Shown in pieces: positions 38,179 through 38,222 of a stretch of DNA of 38,222 nt (within the stretch, counting starts at the first letter, position 1; each line of letters opens with the position of its first letter). The stretch is from an uncultured Bacteroidia bacterium (GTDB lineage Bacteria > Bacteroidota > Bacteroidia > Bacteroidales > Prolixibacteraceae). The notes under the pieces were generated by a model. The model had not been told where the DNA came from. It was given only the letters and a program-made list of their open reading frames with translations, and ran no database searches. The stretch is from NCBI GenBank assembly GCA_903881215.1, contig CAIRSO010000128.1:1-38222 (forward strand), in the 5' to 3' direction. A program made the translations under genes and the position numbers.

Positions 38179-38222
38179 GAGTTGAGAACTGAGAGTTGAG
38201 AACTGAGAGTTGAGAACTGAGA
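38156..38222. repeat. 14-bp tandem array GAGAGTTGAGAACT (reverse complement of the CTCAACT/CTCAGTT family), running off the window end
   Basis: Units at 38163-38176, 38177-38190, 38191-38204 and 38205-38218, plus a partial unit. The reverse complement agttctcaactctc matches the array at 26814-26907. Confidence 0.85.

Overview
The window looks like a Bacteroidota-type chromosome segment. That placement is an inference from CarboxypepD_reg/TonB-dependent receptor + DUF4249 pairing, an ORF6N protein, lipoprotein signals and word-like intergenic repeats. Content in order: (1) a thioredoxin-like lipoprotein. (2) A complete membrane-bound uptake [NiFe]-hydrogenase locus: hyaA-hyaB-hyaC-hyaD on the + strand, a convergent hypF-C-D-E-A-B maturation operon on the - strand, and a divergent His-rich HupE/UreJ-like nickel transporter. 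(3) A five-gene type I restriction-modification operon on the - strand (hsdM, ORF6N-domain gene, hsdS, 614-aa DUF4062/HATPase_c_4-like/2x wHTH gene, hsdR). (4) An outer-membrane cluster: STN-CarboxypepD_reg TonB-dependent receptor, DUF4249 lipoprotein, and two secreted hypothetical proteins. (5) Housekeeping-type genes: Gfo/Idh/MocA oxidoreductase, S9 peptidase, nitroreductase, acyl-CoA ligase, and two PQQ-like beta-propeller paralogues. My best candidate for an undescribed system is the pair of non-canonical genes interleaved in the type I R-M operon. The 614-aa gene sits in the same hsdS-hsdR slot as E. coli prrC, and its stop overlaps the hsdR start codon (ATGA). Four families of short word-like repeats also occur. 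They bracket the hydrogenase structural operon, sit in frame inside two CDSs (hsdM and a 585-aa surface protein), and supply the stop codons of two other genes. I saw no tRNA, rRNA, CRISPR array, integrase or transposase. All family assignments come from motif recognition by eye and need HMM or structure confirmation.
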